Positions 15,784 through 25,229 of a stretch of 37,927 nt of DNA are shown here, piece after piece (within the stretch, counting starts at the first letter, position 1; each line of letters starts with the position of its first letter). The notes below the pieces were generated by a model, which saw only the letters and a list, made by a program, of their open reading frames with translations, did no database searches and was not told the DNA's origin. The translations under genes were made by a program, and so were the position numbers. Origin of the DNA: an uncultured Oscillospiraceae bacterium (GTDB lineage Bacteria; Bacillota; Clostridia; Saccharofermentanales; Saccharofermentanaceae); NCBI GenBank assembly GCA_964408695.1, contig CAYPAL010000002.1, positions 1 to 37,927 on the forward strand. The letters are read 5' to 3'.

Positions 15784-17586
15784 TTAATACCACATGGTTC
15801 CCTGGACACGTGTCAACGTGAAGGTGAATGTCGTGCCTTCGCCATAGATGCTGGCGACCGAGATCGTCTCTCCCATGTAGGTCAAGAGCTCCCTGGCGAT
15901 CGAAAGGCCGAGGCCGGTGCCCTTCTTGCCGCGTGCGCGATCCGCCTTATAGAAACGGTCGAAAATATGGTCGATATCGTATTCATGTATGCCCTGACCG
16001 GTGTCAATGACGGAAACCAATACCTTATTGGACTCCTCATTGTACTCGGCGGCGATGGTGATCGAACCGCCCGAAGCGGTATATTTCTTGGCATTATCCA
16101 TCAGGATGACCAGGATTTGCTCGACACGGTCGGGATTGCCCATGACCGTCGGCAGCGGTCCGGTCTTATATTCAACACGAAAAGCCAGATTGGCATCACT
16201 CATGACTGGTTTAAATTTAGTCTCGATCTCGGAAAGAAGAGAGTTGAGATCAAACGGAAAGGTCTTAAAGGCAAGTGTTCTGGCCTGAAGTCTCGAAAGC
16301 TCGAGCATGTCGTCGATCAGGCGTGACAGACGCATCGTCTCATGGAGAATGATGCCGTAATACCGTTTCCGATCGGTCTCGTTCTTGACCATGCCGTCGG
16401 CAAGAGGCTCGACCAGACCGCGAAGAGCGGTGAGCGGCGTCCGAAGTTCATGGGACACGTTGGCGACATAATCACGGCGCGTTTGCTCCAAACGCTCCGA
16501 TTCGGTGATATCGCGAAAAAAGCCGGTCGCGCCCGCAATACGCCGATCATTGTCGAAGGTCGGGACGATCGTGGAGAGATAAGCGTTGTCCTTGTCTTCG
16601 ATGGTGCGCTCTACGGTGATGCCTTCGGCGATACACTTCGTAAAATCATCCCACACTTCTTCAAACGGAATGATCTGTAAACGCTCCGTAAACAGATTTC
16701 TCGCACTGGCATTTTCGAAAAGCGTCGCGATCGCCGAGTTCGAATAAACGGGTCGCAGTTCGGTATCCACCGAAACGATGCCCTCCGAAATCACATCAAA
16801 AATTTCCTTGAGGCGGTTCCGCTCCATCGTCAGATCCGTGATCGATCGGGAGAGCCTTTCCGCCAAATCATTGAAGGATTGCGCCAACTCGCCGACTTCA
16901 CCGCGAACACTGGAATCCGCGCGAACGGAGAAGTCTCCCTGACCCATCGCGCGGGCGACTTCATTGACCTTGCGGAGCGGACGGACCAGACGCATGATCC
17001 CGAAATAGACCGGCATCAGCATTCCGAGAGAAACGACAAACGTTGACAGGATCAGGATCTCCAAAAAATCCAGGAGCATGCCGGCGGAGTCTCGCGTCGG
17101 AGTTCCGACGATCACATATCCCCCGAGTTGACCGTCGACAATGATCGGTGCCTGAGCGATGATGATCTGGTCAAATATACCGCGATGGGGAATAACAACG
17201 AAGAAGCGTGTTTCCGAACGGTTTGTCAACAACTGACTCGTCGAGTAGTTTTTCAGGGGAACCAAAATATCGGTGTCTTCTGCGCCGAGTTCCAAGGTTT
17301 GCTGGAGCAAATAACCCTCACGATCATAAACCAGGATATATGAGCCCATCAGTCGATCGTCCTCGAAGAGTTCCTTCGAATAACCGGAGCCTCCGCCCAT
17401 TTCTTCCGGATGCCTTGAAAAATAGGCGGACAGAATATCCGCCCGGTCCTTGGAGTCATTGATCGCCATGTTCTTGACCGAATTGATCGACGCAATGAAA
17501 AACAGGACAGCAGAAAGGGCCCCGGCAATGACGAGTGAAAGTAAGACCATGAAAAGGATCCGTCGAAGAAAGACACTTCGAAACAT
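15784..17586 (-). CDS. Sensor histidine kinase (2 TM, periplasmic-type loop, HAMP, PAS, HisKA, HATPase_c)
   Basis: 600 aa with H-box VANVSHELRTPLTAL, N-box MDNAKKY, and G-boxes DTGQGI and GTGLGLSIA. Its start codon overlaps the regulator stop codon (TAATG). Confidence 0.85.
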   Translation of the reverse strand: MFRSVFLRRILFMVLLSLVIAGALSAVLFFIASINSVKNMAINDSKDRADILSAYFSRHPEEMGGGSGYSKELFEDDRLMGSYILVYDREGYLLQQTLELGAEDTDILVPLKNYSTSQLLTNRSETRFFVVIPHRGIFDQIIIAQAPIIVDGQLGGYVIVGTPTRDSAGMLLDFLEILILSTFVVSLGMLMPVYFGIMRLVRPLRKVNEVARAMGQGDFSVRADSSVRGEVGELAQSFNDLAERLSRSITDLTMERNRLKEIFDVISEGIVSVDTELRPVYSNSAIATLFENASARNLFTERLQIIPFEEVWDDFTKCIAEGITVERTIEDKDNAYLSTIVPTFDNDRRIAGATGFFRDITESERLEQTRRDYVANVSHELRTPLTALRGLVEPLADGMVKNETDRKRYYGIILHETMRLSRLIDDMLELSRLQARTLAFKTFPFDLNSLLSEIETKFKPVMSDANLAFRVEYKTGPLPTVMGNPDRVEQILVILMDNAKKYTASGGSITIAAEYNEESNKVLVSVIDTGQGIHEYDIDHIFDRFYKADRARGKKGTGLGLSIARELLTYMGETISVASIYGEGTTFTFTLTRVQGTMWY

Positions 17587-18275
17587 TACGAGGCGACCTC
17601 GAATTTATAGCCCACTCCGTATACGGTGACCAGGGACCAAGGGGCTCCCTCATAGGCGACCTTCTGGCGGATGCGCTTGATATGTGTGTCTACGGTTCTC
17701 GTATCTCCGAAATAGTCGTAGCCCCATACCAGGGAAAGGATCTGTTCCCGGTCCATGACCTGACCGGCGTGGGCGGCCAGAAGATGAAGGATCTCGACTT
17801 CCTTCGGAGTGCAGGGAACCAGTTCCCCCTTGACTTTGACCTGGTAGTTGTCGATATTGATTTCCAGACCCTCGAAACGAAGGACAGGAACATTCTCCTG
17901 TGGTTCGTTGATCCGTCGGAGTACGGCCTTGATTCGGGCCAGGACCTCGCGGGGAGAGAAGGGTTTAACGATATAATCGTCGGCGCCGAGTTCAAGTCCG
18001 AGAACGCGGTCGATCTCCTCGCCCTTTGCGGTGAGGATGATGATCGGTGTGGAAAGAGTCTTGCGAATCTCGCGGCAAACCTCGATGCCGGGCTTTTCGG
18101 GCATCATTAAGTCCAGAATGATCAAATCCGGCTTGTCCGAGGCGACATGTGTCAGTGCTTCCTTGCCGTCGAAGGCACTCGAGTATGAGAAATGCTCATT
18201 CTCCAGATACAGTCCCAATGACTCATGAACGACCGGGTCGTCGTCGCAAATTAAGATATGCGGATTGGTTGACAT
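17586..18275 (-). CDS. OmpR-family response regulator
   Basis: Receiver domain ILICDDDP...DLIILDLMMP...ILTAKG, plus a winged-helix C-terminus (LTPKEVEILHLL, TVDTHIKRIRQK, YGVGYKF). I moved the start to ATG 18275 (MSTNPH), which has AGAGGTG upstream. Confidence 0.88.
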   Translation of the reverse strand: MSTNPHILICDDDPVVHESLGLYLENEHFSYSSAFDGKEALTHVASDKPDLIILDLMMPEKPGIEVCREIRKTLSTPIIILTAKGEEIDRVLGLELGADDYIVKPFSPREVLARIKAVLRRINEPQENVPVLRFEGLEINIDNYQVKVKGELVPCTPKEVEILHLLAAHAGQVMDREQILSLVWGYDYFGDTRTVDTHIKRIRQKVAYEGAPWSLVTVYGVGYKFEVAS

Positions 18276-18376
18276 GGCACAGCACCTCTGTTTGAACTCC
18301 ATAAAACTTCACAATCCATTATATACGATTACATGCAAAAAATCATACCCGTCGAAAAAAAGGTGAAGATAAGAGT

Positions 18377-18402
18377 AACCCTTCTGGGCAAAGAGGGTTT
18401 TT
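18377..18402 (+). terminator. Orphan terminator-like hairpin in the divergent regulator/MFS intergenic region
   Basis: aacccttct-gggcaa-agagggtt followed by ttttt. No plus-strand gene lies upstream of it. Confidence 0.35.
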
Positions 18403-18538
18403 GCGGCAAATGAGATAAAAAAAGTATTAGCAAAGTCTTCGGCAGTTTTGGTATTATGCCATAATCTCGGATGTCTATTGTTTCTTTTCCGGGAGCAAGA
18501 GATAATGACATCGAAGAACGAGTAAAGGAGAACGCCCA

Positions 18539-19867
18539 TTGAACACTGTCCGAAAACCAGTCGGTGACGTGATACGCGCGACGCTTAATGCGGGGAGAAG
18601 GATATTTTCGACCGATCACAGACTGGCTGCCATTCTGGCAGGCGAAGGTGTTTTGTTTACGTTGATCATTACCCTTTGCAATAACAATAATAATCTGTTC
18701 GCATCCCGTCTCGGCGCGACATCCTATGAGTTGGGACTCATTTCGTCACTGCCCCCGATCGTCGGAATGATTTGCCTGATTCCCTTCGCGATCATTACCG
18801 ACCGGATGAAGAATAAACGGAGTATGGTTATCGCCGCCGCTTTGCTCCTCGGAACATTATATTTTCTGGTCGGACTCTCGCCCCTCGTTCCGAGAAATCC
18901 GGTTGCGGCACTCATTATTCTCCTGATCATGATCAATTTTCCGATGTCCCTTTATAATTCGTCCTGGCAATCCTTTTTTTCGGATGTGGCCTTGCCTGTG
19001 GATCGCAATCAGATCTACGCCCACCGAACCAAAATGAATACCGCAGTCGGTATATTTTTCCCGCTGATCATCGGATTGATTCTCACCGCCGCAACCGGTG
19101 CGCAGAAGATCCTCGTTCATCAGATCTACTATTTTCTCGCTCTGCCCCTGGCGATCGGTCAGGTTTTTTTGCTGCACAAAATTTCCTTTGAACCCCGTCC
19201 CAAGTTGGGTCGGCTTCGTTTCTCGGAGCTCGGCCAGACGGCTCTTTCGACATTTCGTTCCAAAGCTTTTCTTGGGTTTTTGGGGGTCGCGTTACTTGTC
19301 TATATCGGATGGCAGATGGACTGGTCGATATATTTTTTGGCTCAGTTTCGATATCTGGCGTTGAACGAAGCTCAATTAAGCCTGGTCGCGGTCCTTTCCG
19401 CTCTGACGCAATTTCTGATGCTCGGTGTATGGACACGAGTATCGTCTACCCGGGGAGTTCGTTTTGTATTCGTCATCGGTGCCGGTGGATTCGCGTTCTG
19501 CTCTCTGACGATTCTTCTGGCGATGATGATGCCTCTTTCGATCGGAGTCTGGTTCTACTATATCTTTCATTGCATCGGCGCGTCGGCATACAGCGCGTTT
19601 CAGTTATCCCTTCTGCTTTGTCTCCTGGAGGTTATTCCAAACGTCAATAAGACACTTTCCATCGCGATCTACAGCTCGATCATATTGATCTCAAACACGG
19701 TCATGCCCTTCGCCGGCGTTCATATATACAATCTGCTCGGTGAAAACAAACAGGCGATGATGATCACGATCGGCATTGTTGTCGCGATTCGAATCATAGC
19801 GACGATCGCGGCTCTGATACGCTATTTCGCATACAAGAAAACGGATGATTTATTGCTCGAAAAGTAA
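18539..19867 (+). CDS. MFS-type transporter (about 12 TM segments)
   Basis: 442 aa and highly hydrophobic, with alternating helices and a central loop. TTG start with AAGGAG 8 nt upstream. The family call rests on overall architecture only. Confidence 0.75.
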   Translation: MNTVRKPVGDVIRATLNAGRRIFSTDHRLAAILAGEGVLFTLIITLCNNNNNLFASRLGATSYELGLISSLPPIVGMICLIPFAIITDRMKNKRSMVIAAALLLGTLYFLVGLSPLVPRNPVAALIILLIMINFPMSLYNSSWQSFFSDVALPVDRNQIYAHRTKMNTAVGIFFPLIIGLILTAATGAQKILVHQIYYFLALPLAIGQVFLLHKISFEPRPKLGRLRFSELGQTALSTFRSKAFLGFLGVALLVYIGWQMDWSIYFLAQFRYLALNEAQLSLVAVLSALTQFLMLGVWTRVSSTRGVRFVFVIGAGGFAFCSLTILLAMMMPLSIGVWFYYIFHCIGASAYSAFQLSLLLCLLEVIPNVNKTLSIAIYSSIILISNTVMPFAGVHIYNLLGENKQAMMITIGIVVAIRIIATIAALIRYFAYKKTDDLLLEK

Positions 19868-19968
19868 ATATTAAGAGATATTTTTGAAATTCCGTGAATT
19901 AATTGCATTTCTGTTGTAAAATACTTGTGCGAAAAACGTTTTGTTTTGAAGTTAGCGAGGAGACAATT

Positions 19969-21546
19969 ATGAAGAGATTAATTAAACGAGGAACGATACT
20001 GTTGATTGCTTTGACTCTGTCCGCGGTGATGATGACATCGTCATGCGGACTTCTCGGGCAGCGAACGGACGACAGCAAGGCGGTTAAAGCCGCAGTATCT
20101 GATTTTCTTGATTCGATATCGGATGGCTCGTACGCAAAGGATGACTACAAGTCCTCTTTTTCCAAGGACAAGTCGTTCGCTAAGCTGAAGTTCGAAGAGG
20201 AAGACGCAGAGGCTCTGATGGAGCTCGCTTTGAAGAAGGTGTCCTATAAGATCACGGATGCCGAAGGAGACGAAAAGTCCGAAGAGGGGACCTGCAAGGT
20301 CACGCTGACCGCTATCGACCTCGAAAAGATTCTCGATGATCTTGAAGAGGGCTACGATTACGATGCTCTCGAGGAAGCCGTCAAAGCCAAGAAAGCACCG
20401 ACAGATGACCACAAGATCGTTTTCGAACTGGAATATGACGGAGACGACTGGCTGATTTCGGATCTTTCGGAATTGGCGGATATCCTCGGTAAGCCTTTCA
20501 CGAAAATCACCTTTGAAGAGCCGGAACCGGATCCGGATGATGTCGAGGACATGGCAAAGGAGACGGCCGAACAACTGATGGTTGCGCTGAAGGACGGTGA
20601 TTTTTCAACGATCGAACAAATGACCGATGGTTATTACACCGATTTGGACTTTATTCAGGAGGACTGGGTGAAGGCCGGAGATGTATATGACTCCCTTTTC
20701 GGAGACATGAACTGGGAAATCGCCGATGTAACTGCTTATTCCGATACCGAGTACTACGTGGATGTTGATCTGACATACAAACTCCATACGGAAGCGGTTG
20801 AGGCTTTCTACAGTGATACGAACAAAATGGTCGATATCGTAAAGCCTGTTATTCTCGGAATGATCATCAATCCCGATGATCTCGCGCCGTACGGAAATTA
20901 CATGGACAGTATCGCAACCGAAGTGATTTCCGCTAACGCCGCCGCGCAATCGACAAGCGAAACAGTCAGTGTTGATCTGTTATATGACGAGACGACCAAG
21001 GAATGGACCGTGACATATATCCCATACGTTTTTATGCCTTGCGCGGATTTCGGCTATAATTTTGATCCGCTATATAATTACACCTACAACGACGATGATG
21101 TGATTTCGGATCAGATCCTGAATTCTGCCGCAGATGCCCTGTTGGCGGAAGGATCAATCACTCAGGAGGAATATAACAGCCTTGTCGGGGACGGTACCGT
21201 CGGAGTGTACACGAAGGAGTCCGTCGAGGCGGTCATTGATCAGCAGGGGTGGTTTGACTACGAAACCGGTACTTTTGTAACTTCCTACGGACCGAATACG
21301 GCGGAAATCGGATATCTGATCTTCTTTACACAAGCCATGCCGGACCTGACAATAACATGTGAGTTTTTTATGGGCGACGATACGGTAAGTGTTTATACCG
21401 AACAGTATACGATGGAAGACGACTTTGATTATTATGACACCGGGATCACTGCGGATACGGTTTTCCCCGCGGACACCTATCGGGTCGTGCTCACATTGGC
21501 GGATGGGACCGTACTGGTCGATCAGAGCGTGCAAGTTACGGAATAA
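19969..21546 (+). CDS. Acidic lipoprotein, long paralog
   Basis: I moved the start to MKRLIKRGTILLIALTLSAVMMTSSCG (lipobox), with GAGGAG upstream. Its N-terminal ~150 aa and C-terminal ~65 aa are homologous to the next lipoprotein gene. Confidence 0.7.
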   Translation: MKRLIKRGTILLIALTLSAVMMTSSCGLLGQRTDDSKAVKAAVSDFLDSISDGSYAKDDYKSSFSKDKSFAKLKFEEEDAEALMELALKKVSYKITDAEGDEKSEEGTCKVTLTAIDLEKILDDLEEGYDYDALEEAVKAKKAPTDDHKIVFELEYDGDDWLISDLSELADILGKPFTKITFEEPEPDPDDVEDMAKETAEQLMVALKDGDFSTIEQMTDGYYTDLDFIQEDWVKAGDVYDSLFGDMNWEIADVTAYSDTEYYVDVDLTYKLHTEAVEAFYSDTNKMVDIVKPVILGMIINPDDLAPYGNYMDSIATEVISANAAAQSTSETVSVDLLYDETTKEWTVTYIPYVFMPCADFGYNFDPLYNYTYNDDDVISDQILNSAADALLAEGSITQEEYNSLVGDGTVGVYTKESVEAVIDQQGWFDYETGTFVTSYGPNTAEIGYLIFFTQAMPDLTITCEFFMGDDTVSVYTEQYTMEDDFDYYDTGITADTVFPADTYRVVLTLADGTVLVDQSVQVTE

Positions 21547-21594
21547 GCAGACTCGTTCCGAAGGTATTTTCGAGCACTCAAATACGTCGAAGGC

Positions 21595-21621
21595 CGCTGA
21601 GTTTGAAAAAACTCAGCGTTT
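21595..21621 (+). terminator. Weak terminator-like hairpin after the long lipoprotein gene
   Basis: cgctgagtt-tgaaaaa-actcagcg followed by ttt. Confidence 0.4.
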
Positions 21622-21773
21622 GCCTGTCGATCAAAACGCGTCGTGAAGGGGGAGTCGTCCGCCTGTCGGCAAGGGATCGGGATTGTATTGACGGGCAGTG
21701 ATTTTTTTCTGCCGATGGTATAAAATCAAAGATGGAAAGAGCCGTTTCACTTGAAGAGAAATGAGGGGTGAAT

Positions 21774-22730
21774 ATGAAGAAATTTCATAAGATATTTGTA
21801 GCTTTCGCGCTCATTGCCGTATTACTGGTCACATCCTGCGGCTTATTGGATACCGGCGGGGACAAGGATGCAAGCGAGGAGATCGAGTCGGTCGTTTCGG
21901 ACTTTTTGGATTCCGTCGCGAAAGGAGATTTCGCGGACGACGATTACAAGTCTTCTCTGATCAGCGACAAGAGTTTCGCGAAGTTAAAGTTTGCGGATGA
22001 TGATGCCGAGGATCTGATGGCTCTCGCTTTTGAAAAGATCGAGTACGAGATCGGCAAGATCAAGGGAGACGAGGACGATGAAGAGGGAACCTGCAAAGTT
22101 GCTCTGACAGCCGTCGACCTGGAATCGATTTTGGATGATCTGGACGAAGGGTATGAGCCGGAGGATCTGGAGGATGAGATATCAGCCAAGAAGGCTCCTA
22201 CCGAGGAGCACGACATTACTTTTGAACTCGAGTTTGACGGAGACGAATGGATCATTTCGGATTTATCGGATCTTGTCGACGCGATCGGCAAACCTTATAC
22301 CGAGTTGAAATTTGACGTGCCCGAGCCGACGGAAACGGAGCCGACGGAGACGATTCCGGAGGTCACTACCGTTCAGACCAGCGAAACGCACGATTATACG
22401 GCAGATGAGGTTTATGCGAATATATCAGCCTATGGCTGGGTCGATCCGGATGTTACGACATACGTAAGCGGATATACGACTGCGGATACTCAGATCACCT
22501 TTTATTTCGAATTTATCGCACCGATGCCCGGACTGACATTATATTATGAGTACTTTAACGAGAACGGTACGGTATCCATGTTTACGGACTTCTATGAGTT
22601 TGCTGCGGAGGACGGTTCCTATTACGAGTACTATATCTTTGATGCACCGATACCTGCGGATACCTACCGTTTTGTCGTTTATACGGCCGACGGAACGATC
22701 ATTATCGATCAGTATACGACCGTCAGTTGA
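21774..22730 (+). CDS. Acidic lipoprotein, short paralog
   Basis: I moved the start to MKKFHKIFVAFALIAVLLVTSCG (lipobox). VVSDFLDSVAKGDFADDDYKSS...EEGTCKVALTAVDLESILDDL...KKAPTEEHDITFELEFDGDEWIISDLSDL is clearly homologous to the upstream gene. Confidence 0.7.
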   Translation: MKKFHKIFVAFALIAVLLVTSCGLLDTGGDKDASEEIESVVSDFLDSVAKGDFADDDYKSSLISDKSFAKLKFADDDAEDLMALAFEKIEYEIGKIKGDEDDEEGTCKVALTAVDLESILDDLDEGYEPEDLEDEISAKKAPTEEHDITFELEFDGDEWIISDLSDLVDAIGKPYTELKFDVPEPTETEPTETIPEVTTVQTSETHDYTADEVYANISAYGWVDPDVTTYVSGYTTADTQITFYFEFIAPMPGLTLYYEYFNENGTVSMFTDFYEFAAEDGSYYEYYIFDAPIPADTYRFVVYTADGTIIIDQYTTVS

Positions 22731-22757
22731 AATGTTTCCGCAGATAAAACCAATACA

Positions 22758-22787
22758 CCGCCCCCGCATATGGGGGCGGTTATTTGT
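22758..22787 (+). terminator. Rho-independent terminator of the lipoprotein pair
   Basis: accgccccc-gcata-tgggggcggt followed by tatttgtt. Confidence 0.75.
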
Positions 22788-22820
22788 TATAATGAATCTC
22801 AAAGATAAGAAGGAGAGACT

Positions 22821-23714
22821 ATGTTTTTATCGGACCGATTCGTTGACTATGAATTGATGTACGCGGGCGGCGGAGAAAAATGCGAACGCTGGGGCGAGGT
22901 CTTCCTTCAGCGACCGGATCCCCAGGCGGTCTGGCCAAAGACGTTCGAAGGATCGTCCCCCGCCTGGCCAAAGCCGAATGCCATATATCACCGTTCCGAG
23001 ACCGGCGGAGGTTACTGGTCGACATTGAGTGCTTTCCCGCACAAATGGAAGATCACCTATCCCGCGATCGGCGGACAACTTACGTTTATCATTGAGCCGA
23101 CCGGATTCAAACACACAGGGCTTTTCCCGGAGCAGGGCGCAAACTGGGACTTTTTCGGCGAAATCATACGGAAGGCGGCAGAGGAAGGGCGTGAACCCCG
23201 GATCCTGAATCTGTTCGCGTATACGGGAGGCGCGACTCTTGCCGCGGCAGTCGCCGGAGCCAAGGAGATCGTCCATGTTGACGCTTCCAAGGGGATGATC
23301 GCCCGAGCGAAGGAGAATATGACCGCTTCCGGTTTGGAGGGCTCGTTTATCCGCTACATCTCGGAAGACTGCAATCGATTTGTCGAGCGCGAGATCCGTC
23401 GCAATCGTAAATACGACGGGATCATCATGGATCCGCCGGCCTATGGTCGCGGTCCATCGGGGGAACTTTGGAAACTCGAGGATGCTCTGTTTCCGCTCGT
23501 CGAAAAGTGCTGTGATCTGCTCTCGGAAACTCCGTTGTTTTTTGTTTTGAATTCGTACGCTTCGTCATTAACATCACTGGTCATGGAAAATATTATGAAA
23601 CTGACGATCCAACGACGTTTCGGCGGCGCGGTGACTTCCGGAGAGCTCGGCCTTCCGGTTTCCCGTATGAGTATTACCCTTCCGTGCGGTTCGACAGCCC
23701 GATGGGTACCGTGA
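22821..23714 (+). CDS. Class I SAM-dependent methyltransferase of the RlmI/RlmK-like (PF10672-type) group
   Basis: ILNLFAYTGGATLAAAVAGA.EIVHVDASK...YDGIIMDPPAYGRGP resembles the catalytic domain of large-subunit rRNA methyltransferases. No PUA domain is present. Confidence 0.75.
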   Translation: MFLSDRFVDYELMYAGGGEKCERWGEVFLQRPDPQAVWPKTFEGSSPAWPKPNAIYHRSETGGGYWSTLSAFPHKWKITYPAIGGQLTFIIEPTGFKHTGLFPEQGANWDFFGEIIRKAAEEGREPRILNLFAYTGGATLAAAVAGAKEIVHVDASKGMIARAKENMTASGLEGSFIRYISEDCNRFVEREIRRNRKYDGIIMDPPAYGRGPSGELWKLEDALFPLVEKCCDLLSETPLFFVLNSYASSLTSLVMENIMKLTIQRRFGGAVTSGELGLPVSRMSITLPCGSTARWVP

Positions 23715-23781
23715 TCCGAGCGGTCGCCCCGAATCGTTCCGATACGATCTCAAGACGAAAAGCATACAGAGGTGCAATACA

Positions 23782-24534
23782 TTGAAGGAAGAGGCAACCG
23801 TTCCGGACATCCTTTTCGAGGATAACCATTTGCTTGTCGCCGTGAAACCGGCGGGGATCCTGTCTCAGGCAGACGCGACCGGAGATGCGGATATGCTTAC
23901 GATCCTTAAGGCGGATCTGAAACGCCGATATAACAAGCCCGGAGAAGTTTATCTCGGGCTCCTGCACCGATTGGACCGACCGGTACGGGGCGTGATGGTT
24001 TTTGCCAAGACAAGTAAGTGCGCGTCGAGGATCAGCTCGCAGATTCGAGAGAGGTCTGTCGAAAAAAAATACCGCGCAATTGTCTGGGGCGCGGTCACCC
24101 CTCCTGCCGGTACGCTCCGCGGCGCGATCCTCAAGGACTCGAAGAACAACCGCTCGACGGTTTTCGAGTCGGATAGCGCGCCGGAAGACGCGAAGGAGTC
24201 CGTACTCCTTTATGAATCGACATCTCATGCCCGATACCCCACGGGCGGCAGCCCGATCCCGTTGACGCTTCTGGATATCACCCTCGTTACGGGTCGGTCA
24301 CATCAGATTCGGGCTCAACTGTCCGATGCCGGATATCCGATCCTCGGCGACAGGAAATACGGCGACGAGAGCGACTATCGAGGAGATATTTGTCTCGAAT
24401 CCTACTCATTGACGTTGCGACATCCGATAAGAAATGAGAAAATGAACTTTACTATTCCGCTGCCCGGGCGCGAGCCGTGGCTTCTTTTCGAGAAAGGCTT
24501 AAAAAATGGACGAGAACCAAACGATTTCCGCTAA
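23782..24534 (+). CDS. RluA-family pseudouridine synthase (no S4 domain)
   Basis: LLVAVKPAG, HRLDRPVRGVMVFAKT (catalytic Asp motif), YRAIV and GRSHQIRAQL. TTG start with AGAGGTG upstream. Confidence 0.85.
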   Translation: MKEEATVPDILFEDNHLLVAVKPAGILSQADATGDADMLTILKADLKRRYNKPGEVYLGLLHRLDRPVRGVMVFAKTSKCASRISSQIRERSVEKKYRAIVWGAVTPPAGTLRGAILKDSKNNRSTVFESDSAPEDAKESVLLYESTSHARYPTGGSPIPLTLLDITLVTGRSHQIRAQLSDAGYPILGDRKYGDESDYRGDICLESYSLTLRHPIRNEKMNFTIPLPGREPWLLFEKGLKNGREPNDFR

Positions 24535-25129
24535 TGAGATTCGGGAGAACAAAGAAAAAATCAAGAAGCTTCTTCTATCGGCAGGCCGGCCCGGCATGGA
24601 ACGTCTGTTGGATTGGATCGAGAACAAGACGGATTTCTACACCGCTCCCGCATCCACCAAATATCACCTCGCGTGCGAGGGAGGACTTGCCCAACACAGT
24701 CTCAATGTTTACGAGCTTCTTCGCGGGAAGGTCGAATCCGGACTTGTAACGCTGAAAGAGGACACCATTATTATCACGGCCCTTCTTCATGACTTGTGCA
24801 AGGTCAATTTCTATGTCCGGGAGACGAAGAATATCAAGGACGGAACCAAGATCAACGCCTACGGCAAAGAGGTGGCCAATTGGATCGAGAAGGAAGTCTG
24901 GTCGGTTCGGGATGCTTTTCCGGTCGGACACGGGGAGAAGTCCTGTTATTACATCCAGAGTCACATTCGCCTCACGGATGAGGAATACGCGATGATCCGA
25001 CTGCATATGGGATCGGACAGGAACGGATACCCCGATCCTTTTTCGGAATCCGCCGCGATCTACCCCGGGGTCGTTGCGATACATACTTCAGATCTGGAAT
25101 CCGCTTATATTGTCGAGATTAGGGGGTAG
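24506..25129 (+). CDS. HD-domain metal-dependent phosphohydrolase (YhaM-like HD core without the OB fold)
   Basis: STKYHLACEGGLAQHSLNV, LLHDLCKV and HGEKS motifs. It overlaps the preceding gene by 29 nt. Confidence 0.75.
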   Translation: MDENQTISANEIRENKEKIKKLLLSAGRPGMERLLDWIENKTDFYTAPASTKYHLACEGGLAQHSLNVYELLRGKVESGLVTLKEDTIIITALLHDLCKVNFYVRETKNIKDGTKINAYGKEVANWIEKEVWSVRDAFPVGHGEKSCYYIQSHIRLTDEEYAMIRLHMGSDRNGYPDPFSESAAIYPGVVAIHTSDLESAYIVEIRG

Positions 25130-25229
25130 ACAGCACTCCTTCCGAATCTTTATAATAAATAGCCGGATTATCGGTTTTCCCGATCCGGATGCCCACTATA
25201 ACCGGCTGTTGCCATCTCAAGGAGCGACT

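Noticed and set aside
19903-19968. Upstream extensions of several ORF-track entries (19903, 21768, 33688, 36641, 18302, 3416, 4262, 5182)
   Set aside because: In each case an internal start codon has a good Shine-Dalgarno sequence at proper spacing. It also begins the signal peptide or the conserved N-terminus, so I preferred the shorter gene models.
25074-25229. N-terminal extension of ileS (listed start 25074) and a T-box-like string attagggggtagac at about 25117
   Set aside because: The extension overlaps the end of the HD gene and has no IleS similarity. ATG 25230 has an AAGGAG RBS and begins the conserved N-terminus. The T-box-like string matches only part of the GGGTGGTACCGCG core. It lies inside the HD coding region, and no specifier or terminator architecture follows.
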